Both the position numbers and the translations under genes were made by a program. The notes below the pieces were generated by a model. That model did not search any database and was not told the origin of the DNA. It saw only the letters and a program-made list of their open reading frames with translations. This document shows positions 1-10,650 of a stretch of DNA of 64,000 nucleotides, in pieces; position 1 is the stretch's first letter; each line of letters opens with the position of its first letter. The stretch comes from an uncultured virus (IMG/VR IMGVR_UViG_3300018049_001835) (taxonomy: Duplodnaviria; Heunggongvirae; Uroviricota; Caudoviricetes), in the IMG/VR virus record IMGVR_UViG_3300018049_001835; one strand, 5' to 3'.

Positions 1-1371
1 GCTAGAGAAGGAACAGGTCCAGGAGGAGGTTCAGGAGCAACTAGTTTTAAAACTTATACAGGAGCCAACATTCCTAATTCAACTAGTATTATAGTTGGAT
101 GTGGCGGAGATGGTGCTCAAAGAGTTTCAGGTGCATCATCCTTCGTCGGCGGCGGCCTAGGAGGAACATCATCATTTAGTTCTACTAACAAAGAATTTTA
201 CAGCTTTCAAAGTGGTAATCAATCATTTGTATTTCAAGGAACTAACGTCCCATCTGTTTGGGTGCATCAAGGCAAAGTAATAGCAACTGGACTAAATGAC
301 TTTAGCAGCTCAAAAACTATAAACGGAGTTGTATATAACAGAGGTAGTCTGAAAGCAAACGTACAGACTGGAACACCGACTGAACCCGAAGTTGCATTTT
401 ATTATGCTATAGAAACAGCAAGTGAAATTTTTTATACATCTGGCGGCGGAGGCGGAATAGCACTAGCACCTGGAGAAGCTGGATCAGGAGGAGCTGCTGG
501 TTTTGCTATTGGTGGAGATGTAAATAACAATGGAGTTCAAGGGTTATTTACCTCAGCGGTATTTAACGGCCATACAGCAAGTACAGGAGCAGCTACAAAT
601 TTCGGAAACGGTGTATTACCAAATATTCCTAATGGCACAAATAGACCTCTTGCAGGTACATTCCATAGTTCAGCAAATACTTTTGAAAACGGTGGTAGAG
701 CGAATCCTCCAACAGGGGATGACATGATTAATTGGTTCGTCTATCAAGGCGGCACAAGTAGTGTACACCAATATGCTGATGTATATCCAAATGGATTTGG
801 CCCAGGCTGCGGGGGCGGCGGACGAGCTATGCAGCAAGTTGCTGCATATGGAGGCGCTGGCCACCCTGGTCTTGTTGCTGTTAAAAGGTACAGTTCTACA
901 GGACCAGCAAGACAATTTCAAACATATACAGCAAATGGGACATCTCAGCAAAACTTTATAAGTACAAATTTTCAAAGTGTTTCTATAACAGGTATTAGTC
1001 AAAACTTTACTATAAGCACAGGTAGTCATAGTTTAGCAAACACATCCATTGTTAGATCTATTGTTACAAATGTTACTAATATGATAGGGTATAGATACCA
1101 AATTGTAGTAGCATTAACAGGTAATGTTCCTGCTGAAAGAATACACAGTGTTACGTTAACAGCGAGTAGTAGTGGTAATCAACTTAATTTTGTAAGAACA
1201 GTGAGAACATCAAGATCTTACAGCGCAGGAGCCAATCAAACACAATTTATTTTTGATACATTACTAGACGGTACGTCACCATTAATACAAGCCGGCGATG
1301 GCGCAGGACCAGCAGGACCAGCCCTGATATGGAATACTACTTGGAATTTACTAGTAAGGACACTTGAATAA
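1..1371 (+). CDS. Gly/Ser/Thr/Asn-rich tail fibre or virion structural protein (5' truncated by window)
   Basis: Frame +1 is open from base 1; GGGGG/GAGG-rich stretches and beta-rich composition typical of phage fibres. Confidence 0.6.
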   Translation, partial: AREGTGPGGGSGATSFKTYTGANIPNSTSIIVGCGGDGAQRVSGASSFVGGGLGGTSSFSSTNKEFYSFQSGNQSFVFQGTNVPSVWVHQGKVIATGLNDFSSSKTINGVVYNRGSLKANVQTGTPTEPEVAFYYAIETASEIFYTSGGGGGIALAPGEAGSGGAAGFAIGGDVNNNGVQGLFTSAVFNGHTASTGAATNFGNGVLPNIPNGTNRPLAGTFHSSANTFENGGRANPPTGDDMINWFVYQGGTSSVHQYADVYPNGFGPGCGGGGRAMQQVAAYGGAGHPGLVAVKRYSSTGPARQFQTYTANGTSQQNFISTNFQSVSITGISQNFTISTGSHSLANTSIVRSIVTNVTNMIGYRYQIVVALTGNVPAERIHSVTLTASSSGNQLNFVRTVRTSRSYSAGANQTQFIFDTLLDGTSPLIQAGDGAGPAGPALIWNTTWNLLVRTLE

Positions 1372-1853
1372 TGGCAACATATTTTGTACATAAAGTTGAT
1401 AAATTAGATCAAGAGTTTGTTGATAGACTAGTTCAAGAACTTGGAGGTGTTTTTGTTAACAGCACAGACGGACTGTCTAATAATTTTGAAAGTTACTTAT
1501 CGTATGTTTCTAATACATATTCAGAAATTTTTATTGTAACTATAGATAATATTCCTGTTTCTGTAATTTTTGGAATTTTAGATGCGGAAACTATGCATTT
1601 TTATATCCATGGAATTTACAGTATAACACATAATGGAAATAGAGATTACTTATACCAAAAAGAATACTTTGAAATTTGCAATAATAAATTCATTGAACTA
1701 GGGTATACAGGTAAGACAATTACAACTCTCAAAAAATGGAGAGATGACAACTGGATTAGAAGAGCTTGTACAGAAAATCCTTTAGCAGAACCCCGTGTGC
1801 CTACTATAACAGATACAGATCTAACAACAATTTGGACTTGGTCTTTTTCTTGA
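1371..1853 (+). CDS. hypothetical protein (possibly GNAT-like fold)
   Basis: 160 aa ORF coupled to the upstream gene by a TAATG overlap. Confidence 0.55.
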   Translation: MATYFVHKVDKLDQEFVDRLVQELGGVFVNSTDGLSNNFESYLSYVSNTYSEIFIVTIDNIPVSVIFGILDAETMHFYIHGIYSITHNGNRDYLYQKEYFEICNNKFIELGYTGKTITTLKKWRDDNWIRRACTENPLAEPRVPTITDTDLTTIWTWSFS

Positions 1854-1878
1854 CAATCAAAGCCTGATAGTGTATAAT
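1850..1878 (+). promoter_or_regulatory. sigma70-type promoter
   Basis: TTGACA(1850-1855)-17 nt-TATAAT(1873-1878), followed by GGAG SD and ATG 1904. Confidence 0.85.
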
Positions 1879-1903
1879 TACAGTATACTTATGGAGACTT
1901 TGT

Positions 1904-2251
1904 ATGGACGAAAAATTAGCAAAAGCACTTGAAGCAAGTAAATTACTTGACATTATAAATCAACAAAAGAATCTTTTACAGCAACAATATCAATCAGACT
2001 TAATACATTACGAAAGCGGCTGTCAGTTTACATCCTCTAAAGAACTAATTAGTTTTTGTCAAAGTCTAGTAAGTTTAGAACAAGATCAAATTGTACTTAC
2101 AGATGATAATGGCATTCCTATTCTTGTAGATGATTTACCAAGGTTTACAAATAATCTTGTAAAAACATACGCAGAAGCCTCTAACAAGTATTTCACCGAA
2201 TACAATAAAATCAAAAAGCAACGATCAGTTGAAGGCATCTTTAATGAGTAA
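1904..2251 (+). CDS. hypothetical protein
   Basis: 115 aa ORF with GGAG SD. Confidence 0.7.
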   Translation: MDEKLAKALEASKLLDIINQQKNLLQQQYQSDLIHYESGCQFTSSKELISFCQSLVSLEQDQIVLTDDNGIPILVDDLPRFTNNLVKTYAEASNKYFTEYNKIKKQRSVEGIFNE

Positions 2252-3071
2252 AGGTATTCTTGTTTTTGCACATAATAACAGTGAAATTGATTATGTAAAG
2301 CAAGCAGCTTTTCTTGCAAAACGTGCTGAACAATATTTGTCTATTCCTGTTTCTATAGTTACAGATAAACAGAGCATTAATGACAGGTATAAAGATGTAT
2401 TTGATAAAATTATTATAAATGATATCACAGTTGAGTCCAGCAAGAAATATTTTTACAATAGTGCAAAGACACACAAAGTTTTAGATTTCAAAAATGATGA
2501 TAGGGTACTTGCTTTTGATCTTAGTCCGTATGATGAAACTATAGTACTAGATAGTGATTATGTTATTGCAGATAGCATATTAAAAAATGCTTATGATAGT
2601 GCCTATGACTTTTTAATTTACAAAGATGCTATTGATCTAGCATCAAGAGATACAAGTGAATTTAAATTTATAAGTGAAACAAGTGTAGATTTTTATTGGG
2701 CTACTTGTGTATTTTTTAGAAAAACAGAATTAAATAGAACTTTTTTTAATTTATTAAAGCATATACAGGAAAATTATAGACACTATAGAAATGTTTATAA
2801 TATTGTCTCCACAACTTATAGAAACGATTATGCTTTTAGTATTGCAATTCATATAATGAACAATTTTAAGCAAGGAAATTTTGCAAAGTCAATGCCGGGT
2901 AAATTGTTTTTTACGGCGGATAGAGATTTAGTTCACAGTATTCAAGATGATAAATTTACGTTCTTACTACAAAAAGAAAATACTATTGATCAATTTATTC
3001 CTTGTAAGTTTTTAGGAAATAGTGTGCATGTAATGAACAAATATGCATTAGAGGAAATAATAGATGCCTAA
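2244..3071 (+). CDS. GT-A fold glycosyltransferase (GT8-like)
   Basis: SPYDETIVLDSDY DxD motif; NDYAFS; start at ATG 2244 (MSKG) preferred over the TTG. Confidence 0.7.
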   Translation: MSKGILVFAHNNSEIDYVKQAAFLAKRAEQYLSIPVSIVTDKQSINDRYKDVFDKIIINDITVESSKKYFYNSAKTHKVLDFKNDDRVLAFDLSPYDETIVLDSDYVIADSILKNAYDSAYDFLIYKDAIDLASRDTSEFKFISETSVDFYWATCVFFRKTELNRTFFNLLKHIQENYRHYRNVYNIVSTTYRNDYAFSIAIHIMNNFKQGNFAKSMPGKLFFTADRDLVHSIQDDKFTFLLQKENTIDQFIPCKFLGNSVHVMNKYALEEIIDA

Positions 3072-3900
3072 TTTTATTCTAGTTGCACAAAATACTGAAC
3101 ATGTTGATTACGTGCAGCAAGCATGTGCTCTTGCTATGAGCATACACAACACTACTCCTAATTCTAAAATTAGTATTCTAACCGATAATGTTGTGCCTGA
3201 AAAATACAAAGACCTGTTTGATAACATTATTGAAATACCATGGGGCGACTTAGCAAACAAGTATGATTGGAAAATACACAATAGATGGAAAACTTACTTT
3301 ATATCTCCTTATGATGATGCAATAGTGTTAGACACAGACATGTTAGTGTTAGACGATATTACAAGTTGGATGGAAATTTTACAACCTTATGATATGTTTC
3401 TAACGTCAACAGTTTATGATTACAGAGGTGAAAGAGTTACAGATACATTTTATAGACGTAATTTTAAAAAGTTACATTTACCTGATGTGTACATGGGTTT
3501 CCATTATTTTAAGAAAAGTGATTTTGCACTTGAATTTTACAAATGGTTAGATACTATTACTAACAATTGGCAGGATTTTTATAAGGTTAAGGGCGATAAA
3601 TTAATACAAAATTTTGCAAGTATGGATTTAACGGCAGCAATGACTGTAGATATGCTTGACTGTAAGTCAAAAGTTACTAATCCTAATTTACCTAATCCTT
3701 CATTTACACACATGAAAGCAAACATACAAGGCTGGAATGATATTCGTGAGAGTTGGCAAACGAAAGTTGGCTCATATTTTACAAATCAAGCAGAACTTTT
3801 TATTGGTAATTACAAGCAAACTGGTATTTTCCATTACACTGAAGATAGTTTCTTAACAGATGACATTTTGAGTATACTAGAAAAGAGGTTAGATATATGA
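3064..3900 (+). CDS. GT-A fold glycosyltransferase (GT8-like), paralog of the upstream gene
   Basis: SPYDDAIVLDTDML DxD motif; similar N-terminus (DYVQQA). Confidence 0.7.
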   Translation: MPNFILVAQNTEHVDYVQQACALAMSIHNTTPNSKISILTDNVVPEKYKDLFDNIIEIPWGDLANKYDWKIHNRWKTYFISPYDDAIVLDTDMLVLDDITSWMEILQPYDMFLTSTVYDYRGERVTDTFYRRNFKKLHLPDVYMGFHYFKKSDFALEFYKWLDTITNNWQDFYKVKGDKLIQNFASMDLTAAMTVDMLDCKSKVTNPNLPNPSFTHMKANIQGWNDIRESWQTKVGSYFTNQAELFIGNYKQTGIFHYTEDSFLTDDILSILEKRLDI

Positions 3901-4472
3901 TTGTACTACAGACACCTAAATTTGAAATCAAACATAAGGTATATTTTGATAAAGATACAGGAGATATTAAATCTATATCTAACATAGAACAGGAATTTGA
4001 GAGCTCTTTCCCGGCACAAATTGAAGATATACGTGATTTTCTAGACGGCAACAAAAGTATAACAACGCACAAAGTTGTTTATGATGTCGGAACATCATCT
4101 TATGTAATTGTATCTAAGAATAAGAAAATTGAGTCAGATGTTAATGATAATGTGTATAAAATTATTCCAACAAATAATGCTCAAGTTATAGTAAAATACA
4201 AAACAAAACAAAATTTGTGGAATATTTCTTTATCAGACGAGGCAAAACTAGAACTAGAAGATAAAAAAGAAAGAATAAATCAAAATTTAAGGTTTTCTGT
4301 TACGCAGAAGAATAATCCGAATATCTTGCACGAATATTTTACCACTACAGTAGAGCATTTAATCGATAATGAACTCGAGTTTAACAGCCAGACTCAGTTT
4401 AATCTTGAAGATTTTAGTGTATATACTAATAGAAGGTTTCAGAAGTATTCTTGCGAGGTAGTAAATGAGTAA
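3897..4472 (+). CDS. hypothetical protein
   Basis: 191 aa ORF, ATGA overlap in operon. Confidence 0.65.
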   Translation: MIVLQTPKFEIKHKVYFDKDTGDIKSISNIEQEFESSFPAQIEDIRDFLDGNKSITTHKVVYDVGTSSYVIVSKNKKIESDVNDNVYKIIPTNNAQVIVKYKTKQNLWNISLSDEAKLELEDKKERINQNLRFSVTQKNNPNILHEYFTTTVEHLIDNELEFNSQTQFNLEDFSVYTNRRFQKYSCEVVNE

Positions 4473-5355
4473 AATCAAAGTCATTGATCAAGATATTATC
4501 TTTTTATCTTATGACGAACCAAATGCTGAAAAAAACTATGCAGACTTGTGTAACAAGTTGCCTTGGGCAAAGCGTGTTCATGGTGTAGACGGATCAGATG
4601 CCGCACACAAGGCATGTGCAGATCTAAGTGAAACAGAATATTTTGTCACAGTTGACGGTGACAACATAATAGACACTGAATTTTTACAGCAAGAAATTGA
4701 TTTAGAAAAGTTAGGCGTCACTGAAGACTATGTTTTTAGTTGGTGTGGCAAAGTTCACGTTAACGGACTTATGTACGGCAATGGTGGATTAAAAATGTGG
4801 ACTCGTAAGTTCGTCCATAATATGAAAACACATGAAAATTCAAATCCAGACGATACGAAAGGACTTGTAGAGTTTTGTTTTGACGAAAAATATTATCAAT
4901 TTAATGATAATTATTCAGTAAGTTATACAAACGGGTCTCCATTTCAGGCTTGGAGAGCAGGATTTCGCGAAGGCGTTAAAATGAGCCTTAACGAAGGTGC
5001 CAAAGCAACTGACATAAAAAAAGTTTGGTGGCAAAACTTAGATAGATTGCGTATATGGTGTACTGTTGGAGCAGATGTAGAGTATGGAGATTGGAGTATA
5101 CTTGGTGCAAGAATGGGCTGTTACATGACAATGTGTACAGATTGGGACTATACTAATGTAAGAGATTTTAAATACCTAACAAATTATTGGAAAGAAGAAA
5201 AAGTAAGTGAACTTGATGTTAAATCTGAAAGTTTTAAGTACGGTAATAATTTGCGTAATGAATTAGATTTAGAAATATCAGACCTAGATGCACAAGGTAG
5301 TAGATTTTTTAAAAGTGTGTATCAAAACACACCGAGGATAATTAAGAAAAGATGA
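4465..5355 (+). CDS. GT-A-like glycosyltransferase
   Basis: FLSYDEPNA...FVTVDGD (DxD), YGNGGLK, PFQAWRAGFRE; paralog of the C-terminus of 11807-13483. Confidence 0.6.
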   Translation: MSKIKVIDQDIIFLSYDEPNAEKNYADLCNKLPWAKRVHGVDGSDAAHKACADLSETEYFVTVDGDNIIDTEFLQQEIDLEKLGVTEDYVFSWCGKVHVNGLMYGNGGLKMWTRKFVHNMKTHENSNPDDTKGLVEFCFDEKYYQFNDNYSVSYTNGSPFQAWRAGFREGVKMSLNEGAKATDIKKVWWQNLDRLRIWCTVGADVEYGDWSILGARMGCYMTMCTDWDYTNVRDFKYLTNYWKEEKVSELDVKSESFKYGNNLRNELDLEISDLDAQGSRFFKSVYQNTPRIIKKR

Positions 5356-6728
5356 ATACTGAGCTAATCAGGATTAAAGAAATTATGCCTAAAGTAGAAA
5401 GAGAAACCTCGCCTACTTTTTGTCTAGCAAAATGGCATCATGTTACAATTTATTTACAAACAGGCGAGACACATAGTTGCTACCATCCTGCACCTCATAA
5501 AATTCCACTCGAAGGGTTAGATGAAAATCCGAGCCAGTTACATAATACTCCACAGAAAAAACAAGAACGGTTAGCAATGCTAAATGGAGGCAAGCCCAGT
5601 GGCTGTCAATATTGCTGGAATATAGAATGTATGGGCAAGGACTATGTAAGTGACAGACATATCAAGACTACAAGCATTTATACTCCTGAAAGGATAGAAG
5701 AAATAAAAAGCAATCCTTGGGATTACGATATTAATCCAGAATATATAGAAGTAAACTTTAGTAATGAATGTAATTTTAAATGCGGTTATTGCCATCCAAA
5801 ATTTAGTAGTAGATACTATAATGAAATAAAACATTACGGCCCATACAGCGACAGCACAGAACACAGAAATGACATTGACTGGTTTGAATTATATGAAGAA
5901 GAAACTAATCCGTATGTAGATGCATGGTGGAAGTGGTGGCCTGAAGTTAGTAAAACACTAAACATATTGCGTGTTACAGGCGGTGAGCCGCTCATGCATA
6001 AGAGTACATGGCGATTGTTTGACGAATTAGAAGAAAATCCTAAACCTCATCTTAATATAGAACTTAACAGTAATATGGGCGTAAAGCCTGCAATGGTTTA
6101 TAGACTTGTAGAGCGTGTTAAAGATCTTAAGGCAAAAAACTGTATTAATAGTTTTAAGTTATATACTAGTATTGACACCTGGGGACCACGTGCAGAATAT
6201 ACTCGTACCGGACTTGACATTGAGCTTTGGGAAAAGAATTTAGATTATTACCTAAGTAGTACAGGTTGGCCTGTAACGTTTATGGTAACATTTAATTTGT
6301 TTGCTGTTACTAGTTTTAGTTTGCTACTAGTAAAGATTTTAGAATGGCGACAAAAGTACAATACTGATACAAATGAAACACAGTGGCAACGTGTTAGATT
6401 TGATACACCGTATCTAAAAGAACCTTTACAATTTGATATGAATATTTTGCCTAAAGAAAAGTTTATGCCATATATGGAAGACCACTTAAACTTTATAGAG
6501 TCAAACGTAAATGACAAAGACCGTACAAAATTTAGTTCTTTAGAATATGAAAGATTTAGACGGGTTGTAGACTACATGAGAAATACAAATTATGATGAAG
6601 AAACAATTATCAAAGGCAAACGTAATTTTTATTCTTGGTTTTCTGAATATGACAAACGTAGAGATACTAACTTAGTTGAAACATTTCCTGAGTTAGAAAA
6701 CTTTTATAAGGATTGTAGTAATGTCTAA
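5352..6728 (+). CDS. radical SAM protein with N-terminal SPASM/twitch-like Cys cluster
   Basis: CNFKCGYC (CX3CX2C), TGGEPL, N-terminal FCLAKW..SCYH..CQYC. Confidence 0.85.
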   Translation: MNTELIRIKEIMPKVERETSPTFCLAKWHHVTIYLQTGETHSCYHPAPHKIPLEGLDENPSQLHNTPQKKQERLAMLNGGKPSGCQYCWNIECMGKDYVSDRHIKTTSIYTPERIEEIKSNPWDYDINPEYIEVNFSNECNFKCGYCHPKFSSRYYNEIKHYGPYSDSTEHRNDIDWFELYEEETNPYVDAWWKWWPEVSKTLNILRVTGGEPLMHKSTWRLFDELEENPKPHLNIELNSNMGVKPAMVYRLVERVKDLKAKNCINSFKLYTSIDTWGPRAEYTRTGLDIELWEKNLDYYLSSTGWPVTFMVTFNLFAVTSFSLLLVKILEWRQKYNTDTNETQWQRVRFDTPYLKEPLQFDMNILPKEKFMPYMEDHLNFIESNVNDKDRTKFSSLEYERFRRVVDYMRNTNYDEETIIKGKRNFYSWFSEYDKRRDTNLVETFPELENFYKDCSNV

Positions 6729-7995
6729 AATTTTAAGTTTTGCATACAAATGGTGCGGACCTAAATGGCCAATAACTAACAATAGAGTACCTACACTAGC
6801 AGACATAAATTATGCTATGAATGAAGGACACGTAGATGATGATGTACAAGCACCAGTAGTGTTTCAGTCATTTAAAAATAGAGAAATTATTTCTGCATTT
6901 AAAATCCCACAAGACAAAAAATACTTTTACGAATTAAATTTCACATCGTATTATTATAGAGATTGGACAAAACTTTTTAGTACTACTGACGGACCATTTG
7001 TTAATAATCCGCCTAGTTCGTTAATTAGAGACCAAATACAGAATGGTAACGGATACATACTTGTTACCATTCCATTTGAAGGTTGGGTAACTCATAGGCA
7101 CTGGGAAGTAATGACACAATTTTTTAATCATTACGAAATACCTTTAGACAAGGTTGTTTATTTTACAAATTGTGCTAACGGACAAGAGCTGTATAATAAG
7201 TGGGCAGAAAATAAACCAGGTCCTAAGATTAATGTAGAATATTTTCCTACATTTAAAATACATAGAACAAACGTGGAGCAAACACTACTCAAACAAGATC
7301 CGTATATTATTGGACCAAGAGAGAAAGATTTCTTATGTTTTCAGCGTAGGTATAGTGATCACAGACTTACATTTTTTATTAAAATGTTTAAACTAAAACT
7401 ACTTGACAAATTTTATATGAGCATGGATAGCAAGCAACCAGAGTCTGGAAGATCATTCGAAAGTAATGTTGATTATCTTATAAAACGTTATCCTAATTTA
7501 GATATTACTAAAGATGATATTTTACCTAGTAAAAATAAACTTCCGTTAGTGCTAGATAATCCTAACTTTAACAGTTATCCTATGGAGTCAACTGAGGAAT
7601 CAATAGAGCATTATTTTAAAAATAGCCTAATAAATATTATTAGCGAAACTTTTTTCTTTACTGATGAAATACACATTACAGAAAAAACTTATAAGCCTAT
7701 TGCTTATAAGCAACCATTTATAATGATGGGTGCAAAAGGAAGTTTACAACATATAAAAGACATGGGATTCAAAACTTTTGATCACTGGTGGTCAGAAGAT
7801 TATGATACTGTTGCTGATCCAGTAGAACGCATAAAACAAATTTGTGATATTGTAAACTCAATATCAAATTGGTCGGACGAACGTAAGATAAAATTTACTG
7901 AAGAAGTAGCAGGAATTGTTGAATATAATTTTCAACATTTAAAAACATTACCTGATGTTGAATTAGATTTAATAACAGAAAAATATGGGAATTAA
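6721..7995 (+). CDS. glycosyltransferase-like protein (GT10/fucosyltransferase-like C-terminus)
   Basis: ISETFF..ITEKTYKPIAYKQPF..GFKTFD..EDYD motif. Confidence 0.55.
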   Translation: MSKILSFAYKWCGPKWPITNNRVPTLADINYAMNEGHVDDDVQAPVVFQSFKNREIISAFKIPQDKKYFYELNFTSYYYRDWTKLFSTTDGPFVNNPPSSLIRDQIQNGNGYILVTIPFEGWVTHRHWEVMTQFFNHYEIPLDKVVYFTNCANGQELYNKWAENKPGPKINVEYFPTFKIHRTNVEQTLLKQDPYIIGPREKDFLCFQRRYSDHRLTFFIKMFKLKLLDKFYMSMDSKQPESGRSFESNVDYLIKRYPNLDITKDDILPSKNKLPLVLDNPNFNSYPMESTEESIEHYFKNSLINIISETFFFTDEIHITEKTYKPIAYKQPFIMMGAKGSLQHIKDMGFKTFDHWWSEDYDTVADPVERIKQICDIVNSISNWSDERKIKFTEEVAGIVEYNFQHLKTLPDVELDLITEKYGN

Positions 7996-7996
7996 G

Positions 7997-8974
7997 ATGA
8001 AAAAGAAAATATTAGTATGCGGAGCCGGCGGCTTCATAGGGCATCATCTAGTTAACGAACTAGTCGAGCAAGGAAATTATGTGATAGGTGCAGATATAAA
8101 ACAACCTGCATTTGAACCTACAAGGGCACAAGAATTCTATCAAGTAGATTTGCGCAATCCTGATTTTGTAGCAGGAGTTGTCAGAAATGATTTAGATGAA
8201 ATATATCAGCTTGCAGCAGATATGGGCGGCACAGGATATATTGGAATAGGTGAGCATGATAGCGATATAATGCATAATAGTGCATTAATAAATTTAAACG
8301 TACTACACGAAGCAACTAAAAAAGGTATCAAGAAGATTTTGTACACAAGTAGTGCATGTGTGTATCCGGAACGTAATCAATTAGATCCGGATAATCCTTA
8401 TTGCGAAGAAGTAAGTGCATATCCTGCAGAACCAGATACAGAATATGGCTGGGAAAAACTGTTTAGTGAACGTTTGTATTTAACACATAGAAAAAATTAC
8501 AATATAGATGCAAAGGTTGTAAGATTACACAATGTCTTTGGCCCATACGGTAGTTGGAATGACGGCAAAGAAAAAGCACCAGCGGCACTCTGTCGTAAAG
8601 TTGCAGAAAGTAACGGAAAAGTAGATATATGGGGACCAGGTAACCAAACACGTAGTTTTTTATATATTGAAGAGTGTATCAAAGGACTTCAAAAAATTAT
8701 GGCAAGTGATATCGATCAACCAGTTAACCTTGGTAGCGAAAGAATGATATCAATAAACGACTTAGCCCAATTAATTGCACAAATAGCAGGTAAGAATACA
8801 TTAGAAATAAACAATGTTGACGGACCTGTAGGTGTTATGGGTCGAACTAGTCATAATAAATTAATTGAAGAACTTTTAGGTTGGAGACCTGATGAAGACT
8901 TAGAGTATGGACTAAAGCATACCTATGCCTGGATAAAGGAACAAGTAAATGCTAATATACAGCAAAACGGGTAA
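7997..8974 (+). CDS. GDP-mannose 3,5-epimerase-like extended SDR
   Basis: GAGGFIG, LAADMGG, SSACVYP, YGWEK (YxxxK), GKEKAPAALCRK, all signatures of the GME family. Confidence 0.85.
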   Translation: MKKKILVCGAGGFIGHHLVNELVEQGNYVIGADIKQPAFEPTRAQEFYQVDLRNPDFVAGVVRNDLDEIYQLAADMGGTGYIGIGEHDSDIMHNSALINLNVLHEATKKGIKKILYTSSACVYPERNQLDPDNPYCEEVSAYPAEPDTEYGWEKLFSERLYLTHRKNYNIDAKVVRLHNVFGPYGSWNDGKEKAPAALCRKVAESNGKVDIWGPGNQTRSFLYIEECIKGLQKIMASDIDQPVNLGSERMISINDLAQLIAQIAGKNTLEINNVDGPVGVMGRTSHNKLIEELLGWRPDEDLEYGLKHTYAWIKEQVNANIQQNG

Positions 8975-10064
8975 AAAGTGGTCACATGATCTAGAATTTT
9001 CAAATGTAGAAGATTTATCAAAAGTTGACTTAACAAGCGACAATGTAATTTATTATCATCATCCGTATGATAAGCTGATGCACAATGTACCTTTAAAAGA
9101 CGCTGTCAATGATGTAAATTGGAAACATATTAAAGAAAATAAAAATGTATATCTAGTTCATGAAAATGATAGTGAAACATTTAGTATAGAGTTTGCGACA
9201 GATCTCAAAGATGCTATTTGTGAAAACAGCCTAGGCTTTAACGATATTAAAGTTATCGTAATGGATGAAAACCACAAAAGGTTTTTGCATGCTTATCTAG
9301 CACAATATGGTAGAGATTGTAATATTGTAGTTGATAACTATTTGTTAAAAGAAGTTAGTATACCTGAATCGCATGAAGCAAAAATAACACACAAATTCAG
9401 TAGTCTTAGTCGCAATTATAGAGATTGGCGTGCCGCTTTATATCTTCAGTTACTTGATGCTAATTTATTACAAGAACATTTTAAATACAGTTTCTTTAAT
9501 ATTTGGCCCTATCAAAATCCACCTAAAGTATTTAAAGTTTATCAAATTGAAGAAGATGTTAAAAAGTTAGGATTTGAAATTACTAAACCAATGTTTAGGT
9601 GGCTTAAAGAATGTCCGCATGAGCTACAAGAAAGTGGAAGCGTTTTAAACAAGTGGTCTAACATCACTTATGATACAATTTTATCTACAGATTTTCATAT
9701 TGTAATTGAAACACATTACGATCAAACTTACTATACAAATCATGATAAGTACGACCGATCATTTGCTCCTACTAGTATAACTGAAAAAACTTACAAGGCA
9801 ATAGCATGTAAGAAACCTTTTATTGCATTTAGTACACCATATATGTTAAACGATTTACGTGCTTTAGGGTTTAAAACATTTGACCCTTTAATAGATGAAA
9901 GTTATAATACACAAATTGATAACAAAGTTAGACTTAGTATGATTGTTGATGAAATAAGCAGAATTTGTAATCTACCATCCGAGGAATATCAAAAGCTCAT
10001 TAGCGAATTAAAAGAACGCACTGAATATAATTATAATCTACTTATAGAGAAGCAAAATGGCTAA
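8949..10064 (+). CDS. glycosyltransferase-like protein (GT10-like C-terminus)
   Basis: VIETH..ITEKTYKAIACKKPF..GFKTFD..DESY. Confidence 0.55.
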   Translation: MLIYSKTGKKWSHDLEFSNVEDLSKVDLTSDNVIYYHHPYDKLMHNVPLKDAVNDVNWKHIKENKNVYLVHENDSETFSIEFATDLKDAICENSLGFNDIKVIVMDENHKRFLHAYLAQYGRDCNIVVDNYLLKEVSIPESHEAKITHKFSSLSRNYRDWRAALYLQLLDANLLQEHFKYSFFNIWPYQNPPKVFKVYQIEEDVKKLGFEITKPMFRWLKECPHELQESGSVLNKWSNITYDTILSTDFHIVIETHYDQTYYTNHDKYDRSFAPTSITEKTYKAIACKKPFIAFSTPYMLNDLRALGFKTFDPLIDESYNTQIDNKVRLSMIVDEISRICNLPSEEYQKLISELKERTEYNYNLLIEKQNG

Positions 10065-10650
10065 TTTTCATTTGTATGCAAAACCTTTTGTAGATAAACT
10101 AAAAGTTAACTCGTCTATTATATTAGAAATAGGAAGCGAGCGAGGCGAAGGGTCCACAGAATGGTTTAATTCTGTAGCAAACGATCATTGGGTAGATTTT
10201 TATTCAGTCGATGTAACAGATTTTGCATCTAGAACATTAAGCCATCTAAAACACACTACTTTTGTTATTACAAATTCTGGAGCCGAATGGACAAAAAAGG
10301 AATTACCTAAATTAAAAAAACAAATTAAGATTTTGTATCTTGATAATTATGATTGGATAAGCACTATGGACAATATACGTCCTGCGGAACAAAAACTAAT
10401 AGACGAATATAATGCTATGGGTGTTAAGATGTCAAATTTTGATTGCCAACGTGAGCATCTTGAACAGATGATTAATTGTATGCCATACATGCACGATCAA
10501 AGTTTAATTATATGTGACGATACACCATACAACAAAAGTGCAGGAGTATACTTTGGTAAAAATGGGCCTGTAATACCTTATGCGGTAATACATGGTTATA
10601 ACATAGCATACAGTGGTAATAACGGTGTAATACTTACAAGAGGTATATAA
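10057..10650 (+). CDS. class I SAM-dependent methyltransferase
   Basis: ILEIGSERGEGST motif I, FYSVD, LYLD, ICDD. Confidence 0.65.
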   Translation: MANFHLYAKPFVDKLKVNSSIILEIGSERGEGSTEWFNSVANDHWVDFYSVDVTDFASRTLSHLKHTTFVITNSGAEWTKKELPKLKKQIKILYLDNYDWISTMDNIRPAEQKLIDEYNAMGVKMSNFDCQREHLEQMINCMPYMHDQSLIICDDTPYNKSAGVYFGKNGPVIPYAVIHGYNIAYSGNNGVILTRGI